Source: Thermococcus sp. (GTDB lineage Archaea; Methanobacteriota_B; Thermococci; Thermococcales; Thermococcaceae). Taken from it: a DNA stretch of 64,000 bases. The DNA lies in assembly GCF_015523185.1 (NCBI RefSeq), contig NZ_WAKV01000004.1, positions 601 through 64,600 on the forward strand, given 5' to 3'. This document shows positions 33,688-43,683 of this stretch, in pieces. Below the pieces are notes generated by a model that was given only the letters and a program-made list of their open reading frames with translations, was not told where the DNA came from and searched no databases. The position numbers and the translations under genes were made by a program. Positions within the stretch are counted from its first letter, which is position 1; every line of letters begins with the position of its first letter.

Positions 33688-34431
33688 ATGGCAGTGATAG
33701 TCGTAACGGGGCGCGGAGGTGCTGGCAAAACGACCACGACGGCGAACCTTAGCTCTTATCTCGCCATGAAAGAGTATAGGGTTCTAGCCGTTGACGGTGA
33801 CCTTTACCTTCCGAACCTCGGTTTTCACTTTGCCCTTGATACGGTCAAATACACCGTTCATACCCTTCTGAAGAACCCGGACATTGACCCGGAATGGGCA
33901 ATATACCGCCACAAGGAAACCGGCGTTTATGTAATGCCTGGAAGCACACAGCTTCAGGACGTTCTCGGGATTTCTCCAAGGAGGCTCGTTGATATTCTTG
34001 AGAGGGTGAAATACAAGTTCGGCGTCGTTTTTGTTGATTCCCCAACGGGAGTTCCCTTCGACACGCTCCCCACTTTTCAGGTCGCCAATTACCAGCTTAT
34101 AGTTGTCGAAATAGAGCGCTCTCCAATTTACTCCTTCGAGACAATGGTGAAAAACGAAATCGAAAAGCTCAAGGCTCTCGGCGAGAAGTACAACCTCAAC
34201 ATAGGTGTTGTTCTGAACAAGGTTCGCGAGAGTGCCGATGTAGTTGACAAGATAATTGAGGCCATAGAGGAGGATTTGGACGTCCCTGTTCTCGGATGGG
34301 TCCCCTTCGATTACAACGTTCCCGAATCCATCAACGTTGGAATTCCGATAATTAAATACCTCCCCAACAGCGATGCGGCCGTCGCGTTTAAGGAAATCGG
34401 TGAGGTTCTTGAGGAATGGATTTTCGGCTGA
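33688..34431 (+). CDS. MinD/ParA family ATPase
   Basis: TGRGGAGKTT deviant Walker A, VDGDLYLPNL, VDSPTG and VLNK; ATG at 33688. Confidence 0.88.
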   Translation: MAVIVVTGRGGAGKTTTTANLSSYLAMKEYRVLAVDGDLYLPNLGFHFALDTVKYTVHTLLKNPDIDPEWAIYRHKETGVYVMPGSTQLQDVLGISPRRLVDILERVKYKFGVVFVDSPTGVPFDTLPTFQVANYQLIVVEIERSPIYSFETMVKNEIEKLKALGEKYNLNIGVVLNKVRESADVVDKIIEAIEEDLDVPVLGWVPFDYNVPESINVGIPIIKYLPNSDAAVAFKEIGEVLEEWIFG

Positions 34432-34447
34432 TTCTGGGGGTGTTGAA

Positions 34448-35668
34448 ATGGAGTTTGAGGAGATAGTTGAGAAAGTCGTTAACGGGGAGATAAAGCTTCA
34501 TCAGGTCGAGAAGTACACCGACAAGAGGACCGCAACAGAGGTAAGGAGGAAGGCCCTCGAAAGGAAGCTCGGAATAAAGCTTGAACACATAGGACACTAC
34601 TCGATAGACCCCGAGCAGGTCATCGGCAGGAACATTGAAAACATGATTGGCGTCGTCCAGATACCGATGGGTGTTGCTGGACCGCTCAAAATCAATGGGG
34701 AGTACGCAAAAGGCGAGTTCTACATCCCGCTTGCCACAACCGAAGGGGCGCTCGTTGCCAGCGTTAATCGCGGTTGCTCCGCTTTAACGGAAGCCGGAGG
34801 TGTAAAAACGACGCTCATAGACGACAAGATGACGCGCGCTCCTCTCCTCAAGTGTCCCGACGCGAGGAGAGCGAGGGAAGTGGCGAACTGGGTCAAGAAC
34901 AACATTGACTACCTTCAGGAAAAGGCCGTGAGCAAGGTCACCAGACACGGAAAGCTCCGGGGTGTTAAGCCCTTCATAGTGGGCAACAACCTTTATCTGC
35001 GCTTCGAGTTTGAAACCGGCGACGCGATGGGCATGAACATGGTAACGATAGCGAGTGAGGAGATAATGAAGGTCATCGAAGAGAAGTTCCCCGATGTGAG
35101 GTATCTGGCCCTCTCGGGGAACCTCTGCGTTGACAAGAAGCCGAACGCGACCAACTTCATCCTTGGAAGGGGCAAAACGGTAATAGCAGAAGCGATAATC
35201 CCGAGGGAAATTGTCGAGAAGAAGCTGAAGACGACGCCAGAGCTAATAGCAGAGGTCAACTACCGCAAAAACCTCGTCGGCTCGGCTCAGGCGGGTTCCT
35301 ACGGATTCAACGCGCACTTCGGCAACATCGTCGGTGCAATCTTCCTCGCTACTGGACAGGACGAGGCCCAGATAACGGAGGGTTCGCACGGCATAACTTT
35401 AGCCGAAGTCACCCCCGAGGGCGACCTTTATATAAGCATAACCATGCCGAGCCTCGAAATCGGAACCGTCGGTGGGGGAACGAGGGTTCCGACGCAGAGG
35501 GAAGCGCTCTCGATTATGGGTGTGGCCGGTGGCGGAGAGCCGGCAGGGACAAACGCCAAGAAGTTCGCCGAGATAGTTGCCGGTGCAGTTCTGGCAGGAG
35601 AACTCTCGCTCCTCGCGGCGATAGCGGCGAAACACCTCGCGAAGGCCCACAAGGAGCTCGGACGCTAA
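34448..35668 (+). CDS. hmgA: HMG-CoA reductase (class I)
   Basis: ENMIG, PLATTEGAL, DAMGMNM, CVDKKP and GTVGGGT motifs, and the C-terminal His. Confidence 0.97.
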   Translation: MEFEEIVEKVVNGEIKLHQVEKYTDKRTATEVRRKALERKLGIKLEHIGHYSIDPEQVIGRNIENMIGVVQIPMGVAGPLKINGEYAKGEFYIPLATTEGALVASVNRGCSALTEAGGVKTTLIDDKMTRAPLLKCPDARRAREVANWVKNNIDYLQEKAVSKVTRHGKLRGVKPFIVGNNLYLRFEFETGDAMGMNMVTIASEEIMKVIEEKFPDVRYLALSGNLCVDKKPNATNFILGRGKTVIAEAIIPREIVEKKLKTTPELIAEVNYRKNLVGSAQAGSYGFNAHFGNIVGAIFLATGQDEAQITEGSHGITLAEVTPEGDLYISITMPSLEIGTVGGGTRVPTQREALSIMGVAGGGEPAGTNAKKFAEIVAGAVLAGELSLLAAIAAKHLAKAHKELGR

Positions 35669-36246
35669 AGGGAAACCCTTACTACATTACCCTTCTTTTC
35701 CGAGACCTCGTACATCCTTCTGACTGTTTTTTTATTTACTTCAGTCATCATGTACCTGCCTTTGGATTCTCTCCCCAATAACTGCTCAACCGTCGTGAAA
35801 ATGACACCAAGGAGAAGGGCTCCCCACAGGCCCGCATGGAAGTAGGTCGAAAGGGACCCTACGACCAGTGTGGCAACGCCGTCTATCAGCAGACGCCATT
35901 TCCGGGCTTTTCGCTTCCATCCTCTATCGCTCATTCTTTCAAGGTCATTCTCGGCGAGGGCCCCGAAGAACTCTCTAAGTCCCTTCTTAGGGATGACGAA
36001 AACTCTGGGCAAGGTTTCGTTGATTAGGATTAGGTTTTCCTTGAGTGGGAGAACGAAGACGTAACGGTTCTCGTCCCTCACGTCAATAACCAGCAAACCC
36101 TCGTTCTTTCCGGGAACTGGGACTATAGAAAAGCTCTCGGGCGAAGGGTTCTTGAACTCAAAAGCTGAGGGTAAGGCCTCCCTAACCCTCCCGGGGGAAA
36201 CACTCAGTTCGTAGTACAGGATTGGCACGGTGTTTATGAACTTCAT
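35665..36246 (-). CDS. Hypothetical protein with a C-terminal two-TM hairpin
   Basis: Probable ATG at 36246 (MKFINTVPILYYEL) with a TTTAAAG TATA upstream; the ORF track extension to 36357 crosses the promoter and the sRNA and is unlikely to be coding. Confidence 0.7.
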   Translation of the reverse strand: MKFINTVPILYYELSVSPGRVREALPSAFEFKNPSPESFSIVPVPGKNEGLLVIDVRDENRYVFVLPLKENLILINETLPRVFVIPKKGLREFFGALAENDLERMSDRGWKRKARKWRLLIDGVATLVVGSLSTYFHAGLWGALLLGVIFTTVEQLLGRESKGRYMMTEVNKKTVRRMYEVSEKKGNVVRVSL

Positions 36247-36333
36247 CGAAGGGAAAACAACTTCACGCTTTAAATTGATTTCGTTCTCATGTTGGTAAGG
36301 TAGGTTTTTAAAAGGACATCCCAAACTCCGAGG

Positions 36334-36391
36334 GGGATGATGAGCAGTTTCCCTCACTCCGAGCTATGACGAGGAGCCGATGCTCTGACCC
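36334..36391 (+). ncRNA. Box C/D methylation guide sRNA
   Basis: C box ATGATGA 36337-36343, D' CCGA 36359-36362, C' ATGACGA 36366-36372, D CTGA 36385-36388, terminal GGG/CCC stem, TTTTTAAA TATA at 36305-36312. Confidence 0.85.
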
Positions 36392-36854
36392 GCTCCCTCT
36401 TTTTGTAGCCTCTCCTAAAGTTCTCAATTACCCCTGAGAGCAAGAAAAGAAAGGCCACATAGGAGGAGACCTCGTTGAGAGCATCGTTTTTGTAGCCGAA
36501 ATAGCTGAGAAGAATTGCCAAGCCCCAGAGGACGGCTTGGACAACGTTTATAACCGTATTGAACCGGGATTTCTTCACGCCTAGGATTTCCTCCGCCACG
36601 TTTTTAAGTCCGCTTTCCCGGGAAACGAGGAACTCGTAAACCTTCCCTCCAAGTTCGTACTCCCCAGGAGCAACGTACACTGCCTTGGGAGTGTTCACAA
36701 CGGTTATTTTTGGACTCGAATACGCCACCTGGAGGAGGGCATCCACCAGTGCCTCAACATCCTGTGAAAAAAGGACGGTATAATTCCTGAGGGTTCCTTT
36801 TACATCGTCGTTGTCGAGCTCGTGGTAGTAAACCACAAACCTCGCTTTGACCAT
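36354..36854 (-). CDS. Hypothetical protein with a C-terminal two-TM hairpin
   Basis: 166-aa ORF; TMs VINVVQAVLWGLAILLSYFGY and VSSYVAFLFLLSGVI; the tail overlaps the C/D sRNA antisense. Confidence 0.72.
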   Translation of the reverse strand: MVKARFVVYYHELDNDDVKGTLRNYTVLFSQDVEALVDALLQVAYSSPKITVVNTPKAVYVAPGEYELGGKVYEFLVSRESGLKNVAEEILGVKKSRFNTVINVVQAVLWGLAILLSYFGYKNDALNEVSSYVAFLFLLSGVIENFRRGYKKRERVRASAPRHSSE

Positions 36855-36884
36855 GATGAGGAGTAAGAAAAGGACCTTAAAAGA

Positions 36885-38786
36885 TTAACCTTTGCTCACC
36901 TCCTGAATCTTCTTCCTGACGAGCTGGCTGACGAGCTTACCGTCCGCCCTACCGCGAAGCTTCGCCATCGCCCTTCCCATTATCATGCCCATCGCGCCCA
37001 TGCCCTTGGCTTTTATGACGTCAATGTTGACTCTGACCACCTCGTCGATGATTTTTTCCACTTCTTCCTCGCTCAGGAGCGTTAGACCCTTCTCCTCGGC
37101 GACCTGCTGGGCGGTCTTCTCTGGGTGCATGGCGAGTTCCTTGAAAATCTCCTCAAAGGCTTCCTTCGCAATCCTGCCATTGAGATAGAGTTCAAAGGCC
37201 TCCCTGATGTGCTCCTCGGTTACCTTCTCTATCGGAACCTCCTTCTTGAGGCCCTTGAGGACAACCACGAGGACTGAAGCGGCCAGCGATGGCTTTATGC
37301 CCTTCTTCACGAGCTCCTCGAAGAGCTCGTCGCGCTCATCGTTGACGAGGGTTTCAGCCAAGCTCCTGTCAATCTTGTACTCCTTCACGTAGCGCTCAAC
37401 CTTCTCCTGTGGCAACTCCGGAAGGTTCGCCTTAATCCTCTCCTTCTCCTCCGGCGGGATAAAAATTGAGGGTATGTCCGTTTCAGGATACATTCTCGCT
37501 TTACCCGGGAGGGGGCGCATGTACTGGGTGTTGCCGTCCGGCAAAGCCCTCCTCGTCTCCTCTGGAACGCCCTCTATCGCTTCTCTAGCGCGTTTGATTA
37601 CCTCGCGAAGGGCTTTCTTGGCGGTTTCTTCCTCTGCAGCGACAAGAACGAACGCGTCTTCTTCGCCAAGGTCAAGCTTTTCGATGATTGCGTTAACCTC
37701 CTTTTCCGTAATTCCATAGTTCGGTAGTTCATCAATGTGGAAGATTCCCCTCACGTACTTTTTGGCCCTGTCTGCCATTTCCGTGCCCAAACGCCTGCCC
37801 GGCTGGATTTCTCTACCTATAAGCCCTCTGAACTTAGGCAACTTAACGGCAAGAACCTTTCCACCTTTTTTTATTGTTCGGGCGATTATTTTTGATTCAG
37901 TGTTCTGGAAGACGTCGGTAACGTCGTAAAATTCCTCCTTAATGTCATCGGGCTTAACACCCCTCTCGCGAAGCTCGTCGCGGATTTTGAGAAGGTTAAG
38001 CTGTCTTTCAACTTCCCTCTCGATGATGAGGGGAATCATGTCCAGCTCCTGCACGCCCTTAATCTCGACGCGAGCACCACCTTTAATGGAGACGTTCAAA
38101 TCCTGCCTTATAGTTCCGAGACCGCGCTTGACCTTTCTCGTTGCCCTTAAGGCATCGCCGATGTACTTCGCAACCACCTTTGCCTGCTCGGGGTGGTGTA
38201 TGTCGGGAGTTGTGCTTATCTCAACCAGCGGAATTCCGAGGCGGTCGAGGCGGTAGATTACCTCCTTCTCCCTACGCTCAACGATACGGCAGGCGTCTTC
38301 CTCAAGGCATATCGTCGGGATTCCAACGCTTCCCCAGGGGGTGTCAACTCTACCGTCGAGTGCTATTATCGCCGTTCTTTGAAAACCGGAAACGTTCGAG
38401 CCGTCTATGACTATCTTACGCATGAAGTGGACTTCATCAACGGGCTTTGCGTTGAGGAGGTAGGCAATCTGAAGGGTAACCTCTAGGGCTTCCCTGTCGG
38501 GCCCCCTCGGTGGTTCTTCATCCATATAAACCAAATCGCTGAGCTCGTAGTTGCCCTCGTAGATGTATTTTCTCCCCTTTTTGAACTCTTCCAGAGCGGC
38601 AGGGTCAATTTCCCCGAGCTCGCTCATCGTGGGTCTTAAGCGTCTTTCAAAGGTGAAGTCAACCTTCTCGGTCAGCTCGCTCGGAACGGGTGAGAACAGC
38701 TTTTTGGTATCTAGTTGTCTGTGAATCTCAAGGCCGACCTTTAGGCCGAGCTTTTCGTAATCGAACTTCTCGGTCATTTTCATCAC
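36885..38786 (-). CDS. gatE: Glu-tRNA(Gln) amidotransferase subunit E
   Basis: [33 protein letters not shown] and RMYPETD motifs. Confidence 0.97.
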   Translation of the reverse strand: MMKMTEKFDYEKLGLKVGLEIHRQLDTKKLFSPVPSELTEKVDFTFERRLRPTMSELGEIDPAALEEFKKGRKYIYEGNYELSDLVYMDEEPPRGPDREALEVTLQIAYLLNAKPVDEVHFMRKIVIDGSNVSGFQRTAIIALDGRVDTPWGSVGIPTICLEEDACRIVERREKEVIYRLDRLGIPLVEISTTPDIHHPEQAKVVAKYIGDALRATRKVKRGLGTIRQDLNVSIKGGARVEIKGVQELDMIPLIIEREVERQLNLLKIRDELRERGVKPDDIKEEFYDVTDVFQNTESKIIARTIKKGGKVLAVKLPKFRGLIGREIQPGRRLGTEMADRAKKYVRGIFHIDELPNYGITEKEVNAIIEKLDLGEEDAFVLVAAEEETAKKALREVIKRAREAIEGVPEETRRALPDGNTQYMRPLPGKARMYPETDIPSIFIPPEEKERIKANLPELPQEKVERYVKEYKIDRSLAETLVNDERDELFEELVKKGIKPSLAASVLVVVLKGLKKEVPIEKVTEEHIREAFELYLNGRIAKEAFEEIFKELAMHPEKTAQQVAEEKGLTLLSEEEVEKIIDEVVRVNIDVIKAKGMGAMGMIMGRAMAKLRGRADGKLVSQLVRKKIQEVSKG

Positions 38787-40108
38787 CTCAGGAAGGTGTC
38801 AAACCTCGTGTAGGGCGTTATCTCGCCGGCGTAGTTGGTGAGCATCATCTTTCTCACTTCATCGAGGTCGCTGGTATGGCCGAGAACCCACATCAGCTTG
38901 ACGTAGGCAGTCTCAGGCAACATGTCTTCGCAGGGAATCGCCCCAGCTTTTAGGAGCTTTCTCCCGTTGGAGTAGACGTTCAGGTTCACCCTTCCGTAGA
39001 GGCACTGGCTCGTTACGCAGACTGCCACACCATCCTCAACGGCGCGCTGGACGTGGGGTATGAAATCCTGGGGAACGTGGCCGAGGCCCGTTCCCTCGAT
39101 AACAACTCCTCTATAGCCCCTATCAACAAGGAAGTCGAGTATCTCACCGCTTATCCCCGGGTAGATTTTGAGGATTGCAACTTTCTCCTCCATCTTCCCG
39201 TCCACTTCGACTTCCCCCTCGCTCCTCTTTCTGTAATCGCTCCTAAGGAACTCTATCTCGCCCTTGGGCCATATCCTGGCTATTGGAACATCGTTTATGC
39301 TCCTGAACGCGTCTCTCCTGCTCGTGTGCATCTTCCTTACCTTCGTTCCGCGATGAGCCAAGCAGTAGGTGTCGCTAGTTTCTCCATGCATCACGACCAT
39401 GACCTCGGCAACTTCACTGGTTGCCATCTTCACTGCACAGGTGAGGTTCATAGCTGAGTCACTGCTCGGCCTGTCGGAGCTCCTCTGCGCTCCAACGAGA
39501 ACGACCGGCTTGGTGAGGTTCCTGAGCATGAAGCTCAATGCAGAGGCGGTATAACCCATAGTGTCCGTTCCGTGGGCGATGACAACACCATCCTCGCCGG
39601 AGTTGAGGGCCTTTGCCACTTCCTCCGCTATTTTGACCCAGTATTCAGGCTTCATGTCCTCGCTGAGGATGTTCATTATGAGCTTTGGCGTTACGTTGGC
39701 CATCTCAAAAATCTCGGGAACAGCTTTAGCGAGTTCTTCAGCGGTGAAGGCAGGGTGGACCGCTCCGGTCTTGTAGTCAATCCTGCTCGCTATCGTTCCG
39801 CCCGTTCCAAGGATTGTGACGTTGGGAAGGCCCTCCTTCCTGGGAAGGACTTCCTGGAAGGCCATCTTCGGCTTCTCAACGGCCTTCTCAAGTATCTCAA
39901 CGCTCTCGATAGCGTCGATAAGAACTCCAACGTTGTAGCCGTTGTCAAGCTTTATGGTAAGAGTTTCTCCGGGAGAAAGCTCGTAGGGGGGCATTACGAG
40001 GCCCTCAAAGGTAATCCTCTCGTTTCCTTCCCTTTTTACCACTCTGATTAGGTCCCCAACCTCGAGACCGTGCTTTCTCATGAACTCCTCAACCTTCCTC
40101 ATAAGCAT
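38783..40108 (-). CDS. gatD: Glu-tRNA(Gln) amidotransferase subunit D
   Basis: [26 protein letters not shown] and [10 protein letters not shown] motifs. Confidence 0.97.
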   Translation of the reverse strand: MLMRKVEEFMRKHGLEVGDLIRVVKREGNERITFEGLVMPPYELSPGETLTIKLDNGYNVGVLIDAIESVEILEKAVEKPKMAFQEVLPRKEGLPNVTILGTGGTIASRIDYKTGAVHPAFTAEELAKAVPEIFEMANVTPKLIMNILSEDMKPEYWVKIAEEVAKALNSGEDGVVIAHGTDTMGYTASALSFMLRNLTKPVVLVGAQRSSDRPSSDSAMNLTCAVKMATSEVAEVMVVMHGETSDTYCLAHRGTKVRKMHTSRRDAFRSINDVPIARIWPKGEIEFLRSDYRKRSEGEVEVDGKMEEKVAILKIYPGISGEILDFLVDRGYRGVVIEGTGLGHVPQDFIPHVQRAVEDGVAVCVTSQCLYGRVNLNVYSNGRKLLKAGAIPCEDMLPETAYVKLMWVLGHTSDLDEVRKMMLTNYAGEITPYTRFDTFLR

Positions 40109-40165
40109 CCCCTCGTTTTGTCGCTGAAAGAAAATGGGAACGGGGTTTTATAGGGCTTTCCCAGG

Positions 40166-40459
40166 TCAGCGAGCCTTTATCATGAACCTTGGCTCCTCAA
40201 TCCACTCGGACTTACAGCGGGGACAGCGCGAGGGAACGTTGATTTCCGGCTTAAAGCGGAAGCCACACTTCCGGCATTCCGCGGGCTTAACAAGAAGAAC
40301 CTTGCCCTCGCGTTTTAGGATTTTTTGAATGGCCTTCAAATCCTCTATGATTAACTTTTTGCTCCTCCTTCCCCTGATTCCGAGGACCTGGGCTAGCTCG
40401 CTCACGGAGTAGTCCCTCTCCTCCAAAAGGCTTATTATCCGTTCCCTCCGAGTGGCCAT
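40166..40459 (-). CDS. Small transcriptional regulator, wHTH plus zinc ribbon
   Basis: MATRRERIISLLEERDYSVSELAQ helix-turn-helix, then CRKCG...CPRCKSE; ATG at 40459. Confidence 0.85.
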   Translation of the reverse strand: MATRRERIISLLEERDYSVSELAQVLGIRGRRSKKLIIEDLKAIQKILKREGKVLLVKPAECRKCGFRFKPEINVPSRCPRCKSEWIEEPRFMIKAR

Positions 40460-40504
40460 CGGGAGAAGTTGGGCGGGAAGATAAAAAGCTTTAGGGTGGA
40501 GAAC

Positions 40505-41689
40505 ATGATAATCGAAAAGGCCGAGGAAGTCCTTGAAAAACACGAACTCTGCAACCACTGCCTTGGGAGGCTCTTCGCAAAACTTGGAAAGGGAACAAAC
40601 GAGGACAGGGGAAAGGCTATAAGGTTCGTCCTCAACATGGAACGCTCGGCCAGAGGCCTGGCTCCGATAGATGAGCCGGAAGAATGCGAGCTTTGTGAAA
40701 ACGTCTTCGAAAGGATTCCATACCTCGTTGAGAGGATGATTGAAATCTCAAAGGGGATAGAATTCGATACGTTTCTGGTTGGTTCCCGCTTCCCCGAGGA
40801 AACCCGGGAGAAAGAGCATTCCCTCTGGGAGGAGTTTGGTATCGAGACGGCCGAACCAATTAACAGGGAGTTCAACAGGGAATTGGGAAAGGCCTTTGGA
40901 CGGGCGACTGGTAAAGAAACATCCAAGAATCCGGACGTTGTCTTTATCGTTGAGCCATATTCGGGCGGTGTTGAGCTTCAAATCAATCCGGTTTATGTCT
41001 ACGGCCGTTACAGAAAGCTCGTGCGCGGGATTCCCCAGACTCCCCTGCCAGATTTTGAGGACAGCGTGGCCTCGATAATCTGCAGGCCCTTTTCAAGGGC
41101 TTTCAAGGGGAAGTGCGTTTTCAAAGGAGCAGGCAGAGAGGACGTTGATGTCAGAACCCTCGGCAACGGAAGACCCTTCATCGTTGAGGTAAAGCGTCCA
41201 AAACGGAGGAAGGTTGGCCTGGAAAAAATAGCGGAGGAAATAAACTCAAGCGGTAAGGTCGAGGTTCTGAACCTTCGCTTCGTTTCATCTGGGGAAGCGG
41301 AAGAAGTCCTCACAAAGAACCACCGTAAGGAGTACCTCGCCCTTGTCCTCGTGGAGGAGGGCGTAACCCCTGAGGAAGCTGAGAATGTTGCGAGGAAGCT
41401 CAGGGGCCTGGAAATCCATCAGAGGACTCCCTGGCGCGTCAGAAAAGCCCGTGCCGATAAGGTAAGGGTCAGAAAGGTTTACGAGGCAGAGGCAAAATGG
41501 CTCGACGAGAAACACTTTGAGCTACACTTAGTCACTGACGGTGGCCTCTACATAAAGGAGTTGATTTCTGGGGACAAAGGAAGGACGAGGCCAAGTGTCA
41601 CTGACCTGCTCGGAAAGAAAGCCTGGTGCGAAAGGCTTGACGTCCTTAACATACTCGACGAGAGGCCGAGGTTTCAAAACGTTGAGTAA
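40505..41689 (+). CDS. pus10: tRNA pseudouridine(54/55) synthase Pus10
   Basis: CNHCLGR zinc site, THUMP-like region, YRKLVRGIPQT, GREDVDVR (catalytic Asp), QRTP and GLYIKELISGD; ATG at 40505. Confidence 0.95.
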   Translation: MIIEKAEEVLEKHELCNHCLGRLFAKLGKGTNEDRGKAIRFVLNMERSARGLAPIDEPEECELCENVFERIPYLVERMIEISKGIEFDTFLVGSRFPEETREKEHSLWEEFGIETAEPINREFNRELGKAFGRATGKETSKNPDVVFIVEPYSGGVELQINPVYVYGRYRKLVRGIPQTPLPDFEDSVASIICRPFSRAFKGKCVFKGAGREDVDVRTLGNGRPFIVEVKRPKRRKVGLEKIAEEINSSGKVEVLNLRFVSSGEAEEVLTKNHRKEYLALVLVEEGVTPEEAENVARKLRGLEIHQRTPWRVRKARADKVRVRKVYEAEAKWLDEKHFELHLVTDGGLYIKELISGDKGRTRPSVTDLLGKKAWCERLDVLNILDERPRFQNVE

Positions 41690-41747
41690 ACCAGAATCAC
41701 CAAAAAGCCTTTTAATGTTTCCAACCCCTCGATGTACGGTGGTTGGA

Positions 41748-43247
41748 GTGAGGAAACTCGTCCCCCTTCTCGCGTTTCTGATACTCTCGAAACTGGCGGG
41801 TGCCTCGGTTCTTCTATCGGTCCCCGCCAACGGGACTGTAACGTATCCCTGGCCCGTTGCGGGCGTCGGAACGGGTGGCGGTTTCATCGTTGCTGTACCC
41901 TTTAACGTCACCTCCGAGGGAACGCCCCCCTCTCCCGGGGCATGGGTCCTCGCCTTCGGGGAAAACGGCTCGCTCCTCTGGGCGAAGAGTGTTAAGGGAG
42001 CTTTCCTCTACCCGTCCCCCGAAATACAGCATGCAACGGCAAACGGTTCGATTGTACTCGTCGGGAGGAGTGACTCTGGAAACCACACCGACCTGTGGGT
42101 GATTCAGCTTAACGACCATGGAGAACTGCTGTGGTCAATGGACTACAACCTGAACATCGGCGGGGGATGGATAACGTTCGTTGACGACGTTAGCCTGGCC
42201 AGAAACGAGACGATAATAGCGACCCACGTTGAGCGTTATTCCAATGGAACCTACTCCTCAAGCCCCCTGCTCGTTGTCCTCGATGGAAGGGGACAGGTTC
42301 TATGGGGGAGGGAATACCACTCCGTCCACGGTTCCAAGGAGCTCTATAGCGTCTCCGTAGGAAAACTTAGCGATGGCTATTACCTCGTACTCCACGACGG
42401 CCGTGGGGAGTACTACTACCTCAACCTTGACAATAACGGAAGAGTAAACGGCACCTTCAGGTTTAAGACAAACTTGAAGGGCTTCTTCGTCAAATCGGCA
42501 ACGAGCACCGAAAGGGTCCTTTACTTTCTCGGCGGGTCCTCAAACGGCACCCTCCTGGGAGCGGTTCTCAACGGGAAACTCCTCTGGTCAAAGCTTTACA
42601 CTCTCGTTCCAGAAAGAAAGTGCCACGGGGATTACCAGGATGCGTCCGTGGTGGGCGTTGCCCTCTATTCAACGGAGCCCTCAGATTCCCTCGCTTTCTC
42701 TGGTGGTTACCTGTACTTCCAGCCGGCCGTTTCCAGGGAGTTCAACCTGACCTGCGGTGAGCTCGGCAGGGTTTACGCCATCATAAAGACGGACGGTCTG
42801 GGGAACGTTCTTGGTAGATTTGTGACCGTTGAAAACGTCAGCGGGTTTGGAGCGTTTTTAGAGCCCAAGGGCCTGGCCGTGAAAGGAGATTCATTTATAG
42901 CCCTCTGGAGCCTGAGCCAAACTAACGGGAGCTTTGTAAAGTTTAGGAGCGTTGCCTTAATCTCTGAATTCGGGAAGAGGCCGGAGGGGAGCCTCAGGGC
43001 GTATCCCTTTAGGGTCACCACCAAACCCGTGAATGTGGCTCTCCTTCCAGATGGAAAGTTCGAATCGAGGGCAGTTACCGTTAATGCAACGGAGGTGCCT
43101 TTGAAGGTTGAGGGAACTGGAAAACCTCCCACTTTGGCCGTTGAAGCCCTGAGGGATAGCTCTAAGGCAGAAATCTGTGGACCCGGGTTAATTGTGCTCA
43201 TCGCACTGCTCGCCCCCTTCATCATAATAGGGGTGAAAGATTTATAA
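41748..43247 (+). CDS. Secreted CGP-CTERM protein with W-containing repeats (beta-propeller-like)
   Basis: GTG at 41748, signal peptide, repeats LLWAKSV / LLWSMDY / VLWGREY / LLWSKLY, and C-terminal EICGPG followed by a TM helix. Confidence 0.8.
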   Translation: MRKLVPLLAFLILSKLAGASVLLSVPANGTVTYPWPVAGVGTGGGFIVAVPFNVTSEGTPPSPGAWVLAFGENGSLLWAKSVKGAFLYPSPEIQHATANGSIVLVGRSDSGNHTDLWVIQLNDHGELLWSMDYNLNIGGGWITFVDDVSLARNETIIATHVERYSNGTYSSSPLLVVLDGRGQVLWGREYHSVHGSKELYSVSVGKLSDGYYLVLHDGRGEYYYLNLDNNGRVNGTFRFKTNLKGFFVKSATSTERVLYFLGGSSNGTLLGAVLNGKLLWSKLYTLVPERKCHGDYQDASVVGVALYSTEPSDSLAFSGGYLYFQPAVSREFNLTCGELGRVYAIIKTDGLGNVLGRFVTVENVSGFGAFLEPKGLAVKGDSFIALWSLSQTNGSFVKFRSVALISEFGKRPEGSLRAYPFRVTTKPVNVALLPDGKFESRAVTVNATEVPLKVEGTGKPPTLAVEALRDSSKAEICGPGLIVLIALLAPFIIIGVKDL

Positions 43248-43386
43248 ACACTCCCCGGAAGGTTTTAGTGATTCCCAGGGGGTTAGTCCTAAGTCTAAAC
43301 GGAGCGAAAAGCGTTCCCCTTGAAAAATCCCATATCGTGAACTTGAATTTGCCCGTTAGGGCCTTAAAAGGTAAGAGGTGGTGAAA

Positions 43387-43683
43387 ATGGTTCAGAAGGC
43401 GCACAGCTTTAGGAGGAAGACGCGCGGAAAGCTCAGCAAGAAGCCAAGGAGGAGGGGCCTTCCTCCGCTCACGAGGTTCCTCCAAGAGTTTGAGGTCGGG
43501 CAGAAAGTTCATATCGTCATAGAGCCAAGCTACCACAAGGGTATGCCCGACCCGAGGTTCCACGGAAGGACCGGAACCGTCGTCGGCAAGCGTGGCGACG
43601 CTTATATCGTCCAGATAAGGGACGGTGGCAAGGTTAAGACCTTCTTCATACACCCGGTTCACCTCAGACCGCAGAAGGGATGA
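43387..43683 (+). CDS. rpl21e: 50S ribosomal protein L21e
   Basis: [20 protein letters not shown] and HPVHL motifs. Confidence 0.97.
   Translation: MVQKAHSFRRKTRGKLSKKPRRRGLPPLTRFLQEFEVGQKVHIVIEPSYHKGMPDPRFHGRTGTVVGKRGDAYIVQIRDGGKVKTFFIHPVHLRPQKG

Noticed and set aside
36853-36906. ATGATGA...CTGA at C/D-like spacing (54 nt)
   Set aside because: No convincing D'/C' boxes or terminal stem; it spans a promoter and the gatE tail. Worth including in a snoscan run but not called.
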